Shown piece after piece: positions 24,290 through 37,200 of a DNA stretch of 64,000 bases. Within the stretch, counting starts at the first letter, position 1. The number at the start of each line of letters is the position of its first letter. The DNA comes from Bugula neritina (Eukaryota; Animalia; Bryozoa), in contig OZ037767.1 of NCBI GenBank assembly GCA_964035545.1, forward strand, positions 10,612,581 through 10,676,580, in the 5' to 3' direction. Below the pieces are notes generated by a model that saw only the letters and a program-made list of their open reading frames with translations, was not told the origin of the DNA and ran no database searches. The position numbers and the translations under genes are program-made.

Positions 24290-25960
24290 GAATGTGGTAT
24301 TTATTATTACTGCTATACCTTAGATTATCTTTTACTTACAGCACATACTAGGCCAGTGCTCTAACAGCTGCTTTCTACGTTTAATAAACTTATACTTACA
24401 AATAATATATATTATCAAATGCTCATACCAATAATCACAATCAAGTATTAATTTTGTAATTGTTATTTTAAAGACTACCATAATGATATGAAAATAATCA
24501 TAATGATTGTAAGTTTTATTGTTTTATTATTTATTTGCAGTTACTTAAATACTTACTGCTTTACTCTAAAACTATAAATAAAGTGAAATATAATATTATT
24601 AACAATTTAATCAATAATATCGATATACAATAGCTGAAATTGAATTGGTATTACAATGACAATTGCAACATTATTATCAATATCAATATTCATATTGATA
24701 GCGATATTTTTATTGGTGTTGTATAGCAAATTCAATAGGCTACTATATATTATATCTATATTCATACTGAATATGAAATTGATGTTAAATATACTAATGC
24801 TAATGCAGTATATGTAATACCACAAGTACATGCTATTTTAATTTGTGAATGCCGATACTTATAGCACAGTATGAGTATAGAGTATAATAATTAATTGTAA
24901 ATTTAGCATGTACTAATACTTATACTTATTAAGTGAGGTATAGCTTAAGAGTTATACTTATGCTTAAAGGACTGGTAAAGGCAGCATCAAACTAATTATA
25001 ATTCTAATAGGATTATGCCTATCAGTATGAGTATGACTATCAGTATGAGTATGATTCTGATGAGTAGAATTAAATACATAAGAGCCGTGAACTATGACCA
25101 TCATACACCAACAATAATCATAGCCATAATAATAACGCTAAAAGTAAATTGATTTTCCTGGAACTACTACAATAACAAGTACAACAGTCCTTATAAACTT
25201 TACTTTTTATAATGATTCATGCCCATTCTGTGTCTACTCCTGCGGCTACTCTTAGCGACTAGTCTTGTGTTGTGTATAACTATCACTATAAGTATCAGTA
25301 TGAGTATGTAGTACAATAATCAAAATCATAATGATAATCCTAATGACTAAAAGTAAAAATAAATCTAATCACTTTAGTCTACTGAGTAATCACTAATCAG
25401 TAATGAGTAACTAAAAGTAAGTCTAAGGCTAATGATTATCATTATCATATCATAGTGGAGGGTATAACTATAAGTATAAATAAAAGTAAACGTAAGAGTA
25501 TCAGGCTACTGCTGCAGGGTGATTCACAATTAGTGAATTACATTTTGATTTAATTTTAATCACTTTAATTTAATGCGAGTGTGACTAAAAGTTAGAGTAA
25601 ACTGAAAGTCTAACAGTAACACTATGACTAACACCCTAACAGTAAGTAGGTAACACTAACAGTAAATGTAACAGTATGAGCTACTGTAACTGCAGAACTA
25701 ACTTTAAGTTTAAGCTAAATTGTAACAGAACACCGAACAGTATGAGTTTGACTGCGACATTGACTATAAGTATGACTTAGTCTTATGAGTAGGTGACCAT
25801 CACCAAGTCTAACACTAACAGTAACTGTAACTGTAAGTCACTAAGTGTAATACCAACAGTAACAGGAACGTGTAACTCACTAACTGTAAGTTTTAGTTTA
25901 CCAATTACAATTATTAGAGTAAGACTATTAATATGATTTAGGGTGCTGTATTATACTACA
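24290..25960. other. A-N-T triplet/hexamer periodic low-complexity tract in the CWF19L2/ADPGK head-to-head interval
   Basis: For example ATCAGTATGAGTATGACTATCAGTATGAGTATGATT, ACTAACAGTAACTGTAACTGTAAGT and ATCATAATGATAATCCTAATGACT. Confidence 0.7.
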
Positions 25961-26263
25961 TAGGCTGAAATTACCCAATTCTAAACCAGGGTATACTAAA
26001 AATTCAACAATAACAGTTATACACCTTTAACTGTATAAGTTTTGCTTGCTAGTAAGTAGTTATTAACTAGAGTCTTGAAATTAATTATCAAATACATACA
26101 TACTAGAAAGAAATTGACTCGCTAAATGAAGCCTTTCACATAATCAGAAGTGATCGGTTTTTCAAAAAAGTTCATACTAAATTACGCCAGCGAGACAACA
26201 CAATCAAAAGGTCAGAGTCTGCTAAAATAAAAAGTTGTAAAAATAGGTTTATGAGCAGCTTCC

Positions 26264-26374
26264 AGGTTGGGGTTGACTGAGTACAGTAGTTGCGAGTTCT
26301 CTAGTTTGGAGTTGGGGTTTATTGAATTCCAAACCCGAGAATTCTCAACTACTGCACTCAGTCAGCCCCAACTT
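26264..26374. repeat. ~110-bp fold-back element (50-bp arms, 8 mismatches, 11-nt loop)
   Basis: 26264-26313 pairs with 26325-26374; related diverged copy at 41023-41144. Confidence 0.85.
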
Positions 26375-26788
26375 ATCAAACTATTTTAGTCGTGCTCTGA
26401 TGCAATGAACTCAATAGCTCAGTGCTCTGATGTGCACAATTACTCTATTAGCTAAGTGAAGGTCGCCACATAAAACTAATTGATGTCTCTTATAGTTGTT
26501 ATGTTAAAGATACATTTTATATAAAGAGATCAAGTCACTAAGTACAAAGTTTTTCATCAGTTGAAAGCTTCGTTTCAGTGTGAGTGTTAGCTTAAGCAAC
26601 TGCATAAAAGCATTTTTTAAAACATGAATCCTGTAGAAATAAACTTGAAGTGAATTTTCCTGTTTTTAAGATTTAGTTTTTTATGCAATTATAAATTATT
26701 TCTGCACATCGCTTTTAGCTTTGCTGATTTTGCAAATATCCATATTGATATTCAATTTCATATTCATATTGATATTGAAATAATCATC

Positions 26789-29700
26789 ATGTCGGACCGA
26801 ATAAAGCATTTATCCATAGTTTCCAGTATCATTTTGGTATTGGCTCTGTTTTTAAAACGCAATTATGATCTCAAGCTAACAGAACGTTTGATACATGTAC
26901 ACGATGGACTCATTCGAGCTGAACAAAAAATACAGTTGCAACATCGCACCAAAGTTGGTGTTGGTTTCGGGGGTTGCTATGACGCATTTTTGCCTGCTCT
27001 TGAAGCATGGAAAGGACTTCAACTTACTCCATCCAATGAACTGGTACATCATAGCTTGATCAACAACAAAACAGAGCTTGAGCAACTGTTCAACTACTTT
27101 TTCTACCATGGTGCTGCTGTAGAGTAAGTAAAGTAGTAAATTCAAATTGGCTTTGTTTTCTATTTTTGTTTCCTACTCTTGGAGCACACTGCAAACTAAG
27201 AATTAAGTAAATATAATATATTTCAGGCGTTATGTAAAGAACCCAGAGTTCTTTAAAGAAATAGTTTCATTTGCTAAAAGCTATGCGGATACCAGATGGC
27301 ATGTTGGTGGAAATGCTCCGGTCATGGCACAGAGATTGGCTATGGAAGGTTCTGATGTATTACTCGGTGCCCGTAAATCTCCAAATGTGTTGTTTGGAGA
27401 TAACGTGAAAGGTGAGACAACTTGCAATACCAATTTTCCCAGCCAAGCTATCTCTATTGTCACATGACAGCTACTACTACTACTCAGATTAACTGTTGCC
27501 ATTTTATGTCTTGTGTCTGTACTTATATTCTCACTGAGACTGTGACTATCAAATCAAATAGTTTGGTTACCTCACAGTCGTATGGTTCTAGCAATAACGA
27601 AGCCTACTAATCTTGGGCGAGACTCACCCTAGACTACTCTAGCTGCATTCAGTTGCAGCTGTAAGCCCCGTGAGATGAATAGTTAGAGTAATTCTCTGTA
27701 GTCGGAGATATCAAAGACTTAGGGTTGGTCTGGTGGAACTGTGCACTTTACACTGGTTAGTGTGAGAAAGTGGGGAACTACTTAGCTGGTCATACCATAG
27801 CCAGCTTATTTCAACGTATGGCATTTTTTGCTCAATGGAAAATTTCAACGGTTTTGATATGTTTGTCATTTGAAACTTTTGCTTGAATTATGACGTTCTT
27901 TTTTTGGCTTTTAAAATTTATAGTTGTGGTGTTTTAGTCCACCAGTTTAGTCTACTCAATTTGATTCCAAACTAGAGTTATGGCTTATGGAACAACTTAA
28001 AAGTGCAGTTTCTTTGTATGTTTTTAATAAACAATACTATTTTAAAAAGTTTTCCAACTATACAGTTATTATGGGTTGGCAATCAAATGGAACCATGTAT
28101 ATTGTAGAAAAGGCCCCGTAGTGCATTTATTTTGCTGTATACATTATTTGAGGAGAAATCAATGTGAAGCGCGTTTTATCAACATAAATATGGCTCATAA
28201 TTGTTACTCCAAGTGATAGATGTTAGATACTAAATATGAGTCATGCGTTACGTTGAGTTTTAAAGACAGCTGGCCCCTGCATACTTTGGCCCCACAGTAC
28301 TAAATAGTGACAATCACTGCTGTTTATATTTTATTCAAGGAATCGGGGATCAGGACGAGGATGATGTTCATGTGATATTAGAGTACGACAAAAATGAGGT
28401 CTGGGGGAATATAACGACTCCCCGAGCTAACAGGTGAGTTACTAGGGCTAACAGGTGAGTTACTAGGGCTAGCAGGTGAGTTACTATGGCTAACAGGTGA
28501 GTTACTAGGGCTAGCAGATGAGTTACTAGGGCTAGCAGGTGAAAATTTAGCATCAACAGGTGTTGCCTTCAGTGCAGTGAGCTGCAGAATGTATTCTGTA
28601 CTGTGTGTCTAGTGTTTTGTGTGGCCAATATAATTCATTGCCTTTTCCAGATCTAAATGCTGTCAACAAAAGTTACTAATTTTGAAATGTTTCTTTCGTA
28701 TATATGTTTGTTACTACATAAACTTTAGGCGAAATGTTTTTGAAAACCCTTGCAATCTGCTAACAAATCTAATGCATTAATATAATATAGTGTAGGGTAC
28801 TTGTAATAAATGATATATATTTGTCATTATATGCAAGTGCTTTCATATTTTCTAGGCTTATAGTACATAGCGATCAGTATAACCCTATGCTGAATATGAT
28901 TGAAGAGTTTGAAGTAGAGTTGAAAAAGTTTCAGCCTCGGCTCTTTGTTTTGGGAGGCTTACAAATGATGGACAATTTTCCCTTTGAGGAGGGTTAGTAT
29001 GCTACACCCTTGATCAAACTATATTATGTGGTATAGCGTTAACCTTTTATCTTTATAGTTGATACTATGTGTACTGTGTACCCCTCTTATCACTAATTAA
29101 TACTATGTTGATTTGAAAAATTAATTTACTAAGAAATAAAAATGCAAGACTCGTTACTAAAGTATAAGTTTTATTTAGTTATGACCTAATATTTTTGTAG
29201 TTCATTGTATACCGTCTTTCGAGATTAAAATGTTTAATCAAAAGTACCTCTAATGATGATACAACCAGCTACTAAAATATTAGGAGATGGAAAGGTTGTG
29301 GGTTGATAAAGGAAGACAAATTTGCATATTATGCAATTTTTTCATGTGAATTTTTGGGCTAGACTATTATAATAAACTTGGGGAGTAAATGCTTGGCATA
29401 TAGTTGTAGACAACCAAGTTGAGTGCACATTGTGTGCAGGATTCATCTCTGACTAAGCTCAAAATAATATTTCTAATCAAAAAAGTTTATTTAAATATTT
29501 TTTTAAAAAGTTTTTGATAATTCTTATGATAACTTGCAACTCAGCCTAAAACCAAATATAAATTAAACAGCTATACTTGTATAATCATAATAAGAAACTA
29601 GTCACTTATTAATATATCAAATTTCAATAATAATTTCATCATAAAATGGTGTGGTATTATTTTATCATTTATTTTTACTCATTAAACTGAGCATATGATT

Positions 29701-32700
29701 TGTTAATAAGGTACTAGGATGTCTGAATGAGTATTTGTTATCATAGAAGAATAGATCTCTATAATAAAACGTCTGTTCATTAGTATACAAATTCAATTAG
29801 AAGTCACTTACTTAAGCAAACATATTTTTACAAAGTTCTGCAGGGTGGACAACTCTAGTATGGGGGGTCTCAAATTTCCTAGTGACTAAATAACACTCAC
29901 ACTTCAATAACTTTTCTTGTATTTTTATTAGATTTTTATTATTTTTAGGTGTCCGGAGTTCAAGATTTTCGGTACTGCAAAATTTTCTGAGCGCCATGCC
30001 TACCTCTACATTAATTCATTTTGAAATGGCTTCATTCGCGGAAGAAGATCTGGTACATGAGTTAATTGACAAGGTGCTGCCCTACGCTGACAGTTTAGGG
30101 ATGAACGAACAAGAGCTGCCAAATATTCTAGGTTAGTCACCCTCTTTATCGTTTACATTTCATAATATAATTAAGTAAGTATACCTGCATAATTGCCTCC
30201 TTTCGTTTTCGATGCTGTTTAAAAAATGAAATTTAGTCCCTGTATTTGTGTAGTTGTTTTCTCTCTCACTTTGTCTCCTCTTCCATTAACTAGCCTACTG
30301 AAGTGTACATGTAATTCATGATTTGTGTTGCCACAAGAATCATTTCACCACCAGAAGATGGGAATTTTTTGTTTTAAGTTCCAATGACTTGATTGTAAAT
30401 TGCATTGAAAATGGCATTTTCGTTAATTTCACTGTTCAACTTCATCTGTGTTTCTAAACATGATTTTTATTCTGTAATATGTCCATGACTGTTGCTGTTT
30501 CTGTTGCCTCACCTCTGGGAAATGAAGCACACTGAGTTCACTTAAATTGGTGTCCCACTAAGATATGTTGGCATGTAAACTACATATTATATTTATAGAT
30601 TTACCACAAGTGGTATCTGTTGCTATTAGTCCAGTCTTTCTTTCATATAGCTGTACTGAACAAGAAGCCGGTGCAGCTGGTGGCCGACTCCAACCCCCGG
30701 GTGGTGACGGCTCTCGACGATATCAGAGAGCTGTTCAGAGCCGTCGGCAAACTCAACGGCTCGAGGAGACTCACCCGAGTTCATGTGCACACTCTGGCCT
30801 ACCAAGCTGTCGTCACAGTCAAGGGTAGGATAACTTCTCTAAATATGGTGTATATATACCAACAGTGTGCACCTTTCCTTATTGCTGCAGCTGCGGTGGT
30901 GTCTTTTCTTGTCCTAAATCATCAAAGTGTTTTGAACTGTTCGGGTTTTCTTTTGGATGTCTAAACTAAATTTCTGTGTGTAGATATCTTGCCAGATAAA
31001 ACAAATTTCGGCATGTAATTCTAGCGAAAACTTTGCACAAAAGGCAACATTGTGCTGTTTTGTGCAGGTTATATGAACAACTATTGTGAAAGGGTTTTTG
31101 TAGTTTAATAGGCTGAGTACTAAGCAATTCCACTTTTTTGCGTTTCAGTTTCACGATCTATTATTTCAATCAGTCATTAAATTATTGAAAATTGTCAGTG
31201 AGTTTTCAGAGTGACATAATTTATAACATGGTAGAAGTAAAGCTATTAATATCGAATACAGTTTGTTATCTGAGTTGTGCTCTCTTTGTCAACATATTGT
31301 CTGGGGCAGGCAATTCATACAGCTGGTTATTACTGCATACGGTTTAGCATCCGTATATATGTAGCAGAATCTTTCGTGTTTTGACTGAACAATTGGCATT
31401 TATATTCGGCCTGTCCAAAAAAAGTTATGCAGGTAGTGGATGCTATATGTAGAATTCTCTCAAGATTTGTCTGCTCCTGGCACTTCATCTTAATTGGTTG
31501 CGACAAATATGCCTGATGCTTTGTGCTAATACTTTTAAAACATTTGGTAACCTACTATACACATTTTTAATTTCACTGTTCATAGTTTAATTGATAAAAG
31601 TTTTTTAAACACTATAAATAAATGTTCTTTACTTTTGCAGAAAAATGCATTTAGTAGGCTCTTTTCAGAGGTTGCCAATGTCCCCCCTTGAGTTGTGGTC
31701 TCCCAAAATGAAATTTGTTGAGGAAAATAGACTTGAACTCATTTTTGTGGTTTTGATTGCTGAGCAATTCTAGCATGCCATTTCAGCATTGCTCAGCAAC
31801 CAAAACCACAAAAATGCTTTCAAGTTTATTTCCATCAAAATTATCCATGAATAAATATTTTTAAATTTTTTTTTAACTGCTAATATGTGTGCTTATACCA
31901 AAATATCTATCTCCTAAGACCTAAATGACAATTCTATAGCATAATTAGAATTTTAAGTAGCAGCCAAACTTTAGATTTTTAATGAGTTTGCTCTTTATAC
32001 AAAGGTTCAACCTATTCACTTTGGAAGAACACAACTCTTAATTGCAAAGGGGATATTAGAGACCTCTGAAAAAGGTCTATAGTTAAAAGGTAGAAAGCTT
32101 TTTAAAAAGATTTACTCATTTACATAAATAATTCAAACCTAATTTTTTTAAAACAATCAGTACAACTCTTGATTCTTGATTAATTAGTTTTTTGGTATAA
32201 TTAAATATGCTAATCATATTATCTTTAACCTCGATAATGGCATGCATAAATTGTTGCATAGAAAAACTTTTGTCAGTCAAATTTTCTGCCAAGCAAACAT
32301 AGTTTGTGGAGTAACATGGAGTTCATGAAACACTTTCAACTAAACTTTTCGAGTAGACATACTATCTTAACCCTAATTCTTTGCTTTCAAAATTCACCTA
32401 TTCACACATTTCTTTACATTGAAGTTCAAAACTGTTGGTGTGGTGAAAACTTATGCCTAATTGCAATATAATGACCATTGTAGTTAGTTTGGAATGAGTA
32501 ATGTACATGGTTGATGGTCTAAACTCTAAATTATATAATGAAGCAGATGCTGTGTACTAGAATATATTACAATGTAGCAGCCATTGTTTATTGTTGCTAA
32601 GCTCATATTGTTGATTTCCACAATTTTACCTGTCCACTTGGTTACTCAAAATCCTGACAGAAAGAAATGTTAGATGTACTTTATACATAATATTTTTCCC

Positions 32701-33283
32701 ATAGTCTGACAGCTGATAATATTAGTGTGGTGTTGCATGATTCAAATACTCATGACGTCGTGTAGTTCAGGTATGCTGGCGTTGTGTTGACAGGCTCTTC
32801 CTGGAAGAACACCATGTCTGCAGCTGCCAAGTCTGCTCTTGTTGCCAACAGACACGTCTGTGGGAACAGCACCATAAACTTGGAGAAAGCCAGAATTATA
32901 CTGGATGAGTCATTTCAGTCTAGCAGGATTGAGGGTAAGGATTTTACTACACCAGTTGGCTACACCTTGCATACGTCTAGTATGATTGAGTAGATAACTC
33001 CAATGTATAGCATGCACAAGTATATAACATACATCAGTGCATAGCATACATAAGTATATAACATACATTAGTGCATAGCATGTGTGAGTGTAAAGCATGT
33101 TGTGTATTTCCAACAGGTTCTGAGAGAATATTCCTGAAAGATGAGAGACCAGTGAGTTGCTGGGAAGAGAATGACATGTTGTTCTGTGTAGCCCCAAATC
33201 TAGTCTGCACACACATATTTCAAACTGGAGGGGGCGGAGACAATATCTCTGCTGCTGGCCTATCCCTGCAGATTGTGGACTAA
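26789..33283 (+). CDS. ADPGK: ADP-dependent glucokinase, 8 coding exons
   Basis: Exons 26789-27123, 27227-27411, 28340-28433, 28856-28992, 29949-30131, 30651-30824, 32794-32934, 33117-33283. N-terminal hydrophobic anchor. Motifs GAAVERY, VGGNAPVMA, DDVHVILEY..PRANR, HFEMASF, DSLGMNEQEL, LTRVHVHTLAYQ, and the ribokinase-fold catalytic TGGGGDNISAAGL. Confidence 0.96.
28426..28542 (+). repeat. 21-bp tandem repeat duplicating the ADPGK exon-3 splice donor
   Basis: Unit GCTAACAGGTGAGTTACTAGG, about 5.5 copies, starting within the exon end. Confidence 0.92.
31655..32079. mobile_element. Non-autonomous TIR element (Academ-like termini) with internal hairpin, in an ADPGK intron
   Basis: Imperfect ~60-bp TIRs TAGGCTCTTTTCAGAGGT... 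/ ...ACCTCTGAAAAAGGTCTA with a 3-bp TAG direct repeat on both sides. Inner inverted repeat ~31713-31769 vs ~31788-31842. Superfamily inferred only from 5'-TAG ends and the 3-bp TSD. Confidence 0.65.
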
Positions 33284-34273
33284 GGCCTATACACTACAGC
33301 AAACATGTCTATTCATTGCATTCTATTTCAGTGACGTATCATAGTGACCGGTAATATTGAAATAAACAGACACCCAAATGCAGGGTTTTTCTATCTTTCT
33401 ATCTAGTCTCATCTCACACAATGCCTATTCCATATATTACTTAAAATATCAATTTAATAAATACCTTATTTTATACAGATGCAGCTGGTCCATTTTCAAT
33501 AACAAATAAATCTTCCTGTTTTACTTGAATCTCTTTTATTTTTGATACAAGAAATGAAGCAATAGAACCTTCTAGTATTTATGGGGTTTCCACGCTTGGC
33601 ATATTACTGTGGAGGGTGTGATTTGTTAGTTATCTTCTATCATGAAACTCTTGCATACTTACTTCACACGCATCAGCTTTGCAGAATACTGTTGAAAACT
33701 GAACCCAAGTATGCATTTCTACATGATCAGTTTTATCAAGCATACACAGTCATTTAAGTCACTATCATATGATTGACTAGAACTTAGGCAAATATTGTCC
33801 ATTTTTTAACATTATTACATTAATACCATTTCCTTAATCAATCAGTGCAAATGTTCAAACTAGATCACGTTCGTATCATCTATTAAGAATTTACATGTGG
33901 AGTTAGTCAGTAATTTTAAATTACAAGATTTCGTATAATTGTTTATGCAAGTGTCTATTTCCCAACTGCAACATTTTTGCATACAATAATAGTAACACTT
34001 CAGTATGTTTGAATAAATATCGAGATCATTTTTATTAACTTAAAAAGTGAAGCTGTACAAAATAATAATGGTTACCATTGCATGGATGGATTATAAACAT
34101 ACAATACAAGAATATAAATGAAAATACAAATATAACAATATAGATTTTATTTAAAGTCAATATGTACTTAGATTGAATCTCATTGAAATATTAAACATCG
34201 TATTGCACTAACAAATTGGCGTTGGCATCTAGCTTATAATTCTTACATATGTTTTATCAATATTTGAGATAGC

Positions 34274-37200
34274 TTAAGAATAGTGTTTATGTTTGCTCTT
34301 TTTGCCAATGTCATTTTTATTTGTGTGAGAAATATGGCGGCTTTTAAATATATGGCCGACGATTTGGGTTAAGTCACCGTTTTCTAGACTCTTGGAGAAG
34401 ACTATATGGCAGTAAGCAAGCACAATCAGAGTGATTCTCATCTCAAGGTGCGCTACAAATACATTGGAGTTGTCATCTCACAGAGCAGAAACCCAGGACA
34501 TTGAATGGGACTCAATATTCGGCCTCCCTAGAATAACGGCTTATAAGTCTAAGCAATCGGGATTTATGAGCCTTCGGGTAAAATACAGGCCCTACAAGTA
34601 TGGAACTGCTAAAATTTGAGGACCATTAGTAAATATGATCACCAAAACCGTACAGCCATGGTCTAGTGGTTACAGCACTGGCTTAGTAATCTGGAAAACA
34701 GTGGTTCGAACCCCAGTGAAGACCATTGATGATGTTAGGAAGAGCATCCAATCATAATTACTTCTGTGCCACATATAAACAAGCCCTTGGCCCACTTAAA
34801 TAAAACCCTTTCCATCGGATGTGCTCACAGGGATAGTAACTATAAACTCAGAACAAACAAACTATGCGCCTCTTTAAGTAGAGTAATATCTCCTACATAT
34901 TGCTCCCACTTTTGAATCAACAGGAACTAGCTATTGCTCACATGACATATAGTGAAATAGTAAGCTAATCTACTTGATGCCCGCTTATACACCAATATGC
35001 AGATTAATGATTGACTTATGTTCAGCCTGCAAAGTTGGGTTACTTACAAAATAGTGGAAACTGATATGCAAATACTAAGAATTCAAGAAAGAAGCTCCAC
35101 AAAGAGATAAGCAAGGAGCTGACAGCTGTAGTAATAATAAAAGCCTCATTATGAAATCTGTGCATTTATAAAACAAGCAGCAAGCAGTGGTTCTACTCGA
35201 AAAAACTAACCGTTTCTGAGCAGCTTTTTATACAGGTTATATCCGACATTCTTGCCTCCCAGAAAGACAAACATAGACCACAGAGAGAGGATTCCAACTG
35301 GAGCCAATAATATAGTTTCAAGACGACTCGCCACATCAGAGCCAAAATGTGACTGAAATGTCAAGAATAAGAGAATACAACTCCAAAACATGGGGCTAAT
35401 ACTATTAATAAATGGAGTAATAATATGTACAATATGCACAACAAAATGTAAAGAGTTAAAAACTATGTTTAATGAGCTGTGTTCAGCTTATTTGCCTATC
35501 CCAATTCAACCTTTATTACTTCCAATGTGTTACTGTTACTTTCATACTAATTGTTGCAATTGATTAAAAGTAGCAAGTTTCTACTTTCCGAATTTCCAAC
35601 CTACCAGAACATGTTTCCAGTATTTCGAGTGCAGCAGCTCCCTGTGAACATTTTCAAGGAATATGGCTAGGAAATTTATTAGAACCCATATGAAGATGTT
35701 TGCTGCAGCACCGTGCCAGAACCCAATGAATATGAAGCAGAGAAACATGGTTAGCACTTGTTGGGAGAGGCCAAGCTTTGAGCCTCCTAGCGGTATGTAT
35801 ATGTATCTACAAAAATTAATTTATAACAGCCTTTACCACCTTTCCACCAAAAGATCTCACAGGAATAGTGACTATAAACTTGCGTGAGTTTCATATGGAG
35901 AATCTAATTTGTAGAACAAACTCACTGCATTATGAAATTATATAAGCCGACATCAAATGTCCGCCAAATAGCCGAGGCTTTATGTTGAGTGAGTAGGCAA
36001 CAGGGACGGGGAGGCATATGAATCCCATCAAACTGTGCAAATAGCGTGGGTACACCATAGAGTACCAAATACTTGAGGTTGAAGAGAGCCGCTTGTACAA
36101 AGCAGAGCCCGAACACCGTCACGTTATCAGCACTGATGAGGAAATACTCTTCCTGCAAATCAAACGACTGGAATCAGACACGACGCTTCCAAAGATATTA
36201 CAAAGTGCGCTAGAAGACAACTCCTCAGCTAATCACCTGTTGCAATGCAGTGGAGTAGAAATAATGTAATAATATTTCCATTAGAATCCACCAAGAAATG
36301 AGAAGAAGCGACTCCGAGAGAAACCATTTCACCTTTGACCAATCAACAGGCTCTTGTTTAACGGAGACCTAGAAATTAGCATAATATATATTATAGTGTG
36401 GCATGGAGTACTAGGAGTTTGTAGTATATACAAGTCCTGCCACATCACAGCAATAATACAGTATATAGCATAAAACACAATTTAGAGTATATAATACAGA
36501 GTAATAAACCAGTAAATGGTATAATATACTACAGTAGTAATACACCATATAATATCACTCAGTTGTAAGTTGTAACAGAGTGTCTAGTATATAATATAAG
36601 GTAGTACCGCAATATATATGTATATTATACCAAGAAATAACCCAGCATCTAATACATATATTAAAACGGTGTTTAGTATATAATAAATGGTAGTAACACA
36701 ACGTCTACTTCTGATATACATACTACATATAACTTACAGTACATACTACATATAACTTACAGTACATGCTAATAACTTACAGTGCATACTACTTATAACT
36801 TACAGCACATACTTACAGTACATACTAATAACTTACAGTACATGGATACATACACAAGAAATATAGCTCTTGTAGGATATGAAGGGTCCACTAAAGAAGG
36901 TGGGAAAATAGAGAGCATAGGATATGACACGGTAGAACGACTCGATGTGATTTGATTTGTTAAATATGTCAATGACATCAACACCTAAGGATATCAGTCT
37001 GAGATTGCATATGGACATAGCGTAGACAAATGCCATGTACCTTGTACCAGTCGGGTCTGGGTAGCAAAGGCTCACCTGCAACATGTTAGAAATGCAGAAA
37101 TATAACTCATCACTTCAAGCAGGAAATATCGGGAAATCCACAATGCAAATTTGATAAAGTTGTTACCAAGTCGGATAACCACAAATATAAAAAGACTATT

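Noticed and set aside
24607-24831. Ile/Asn-rich 74-aa ORF
   Set aside because: By-product of the ANT triplet periodicity; no splice or homology support.
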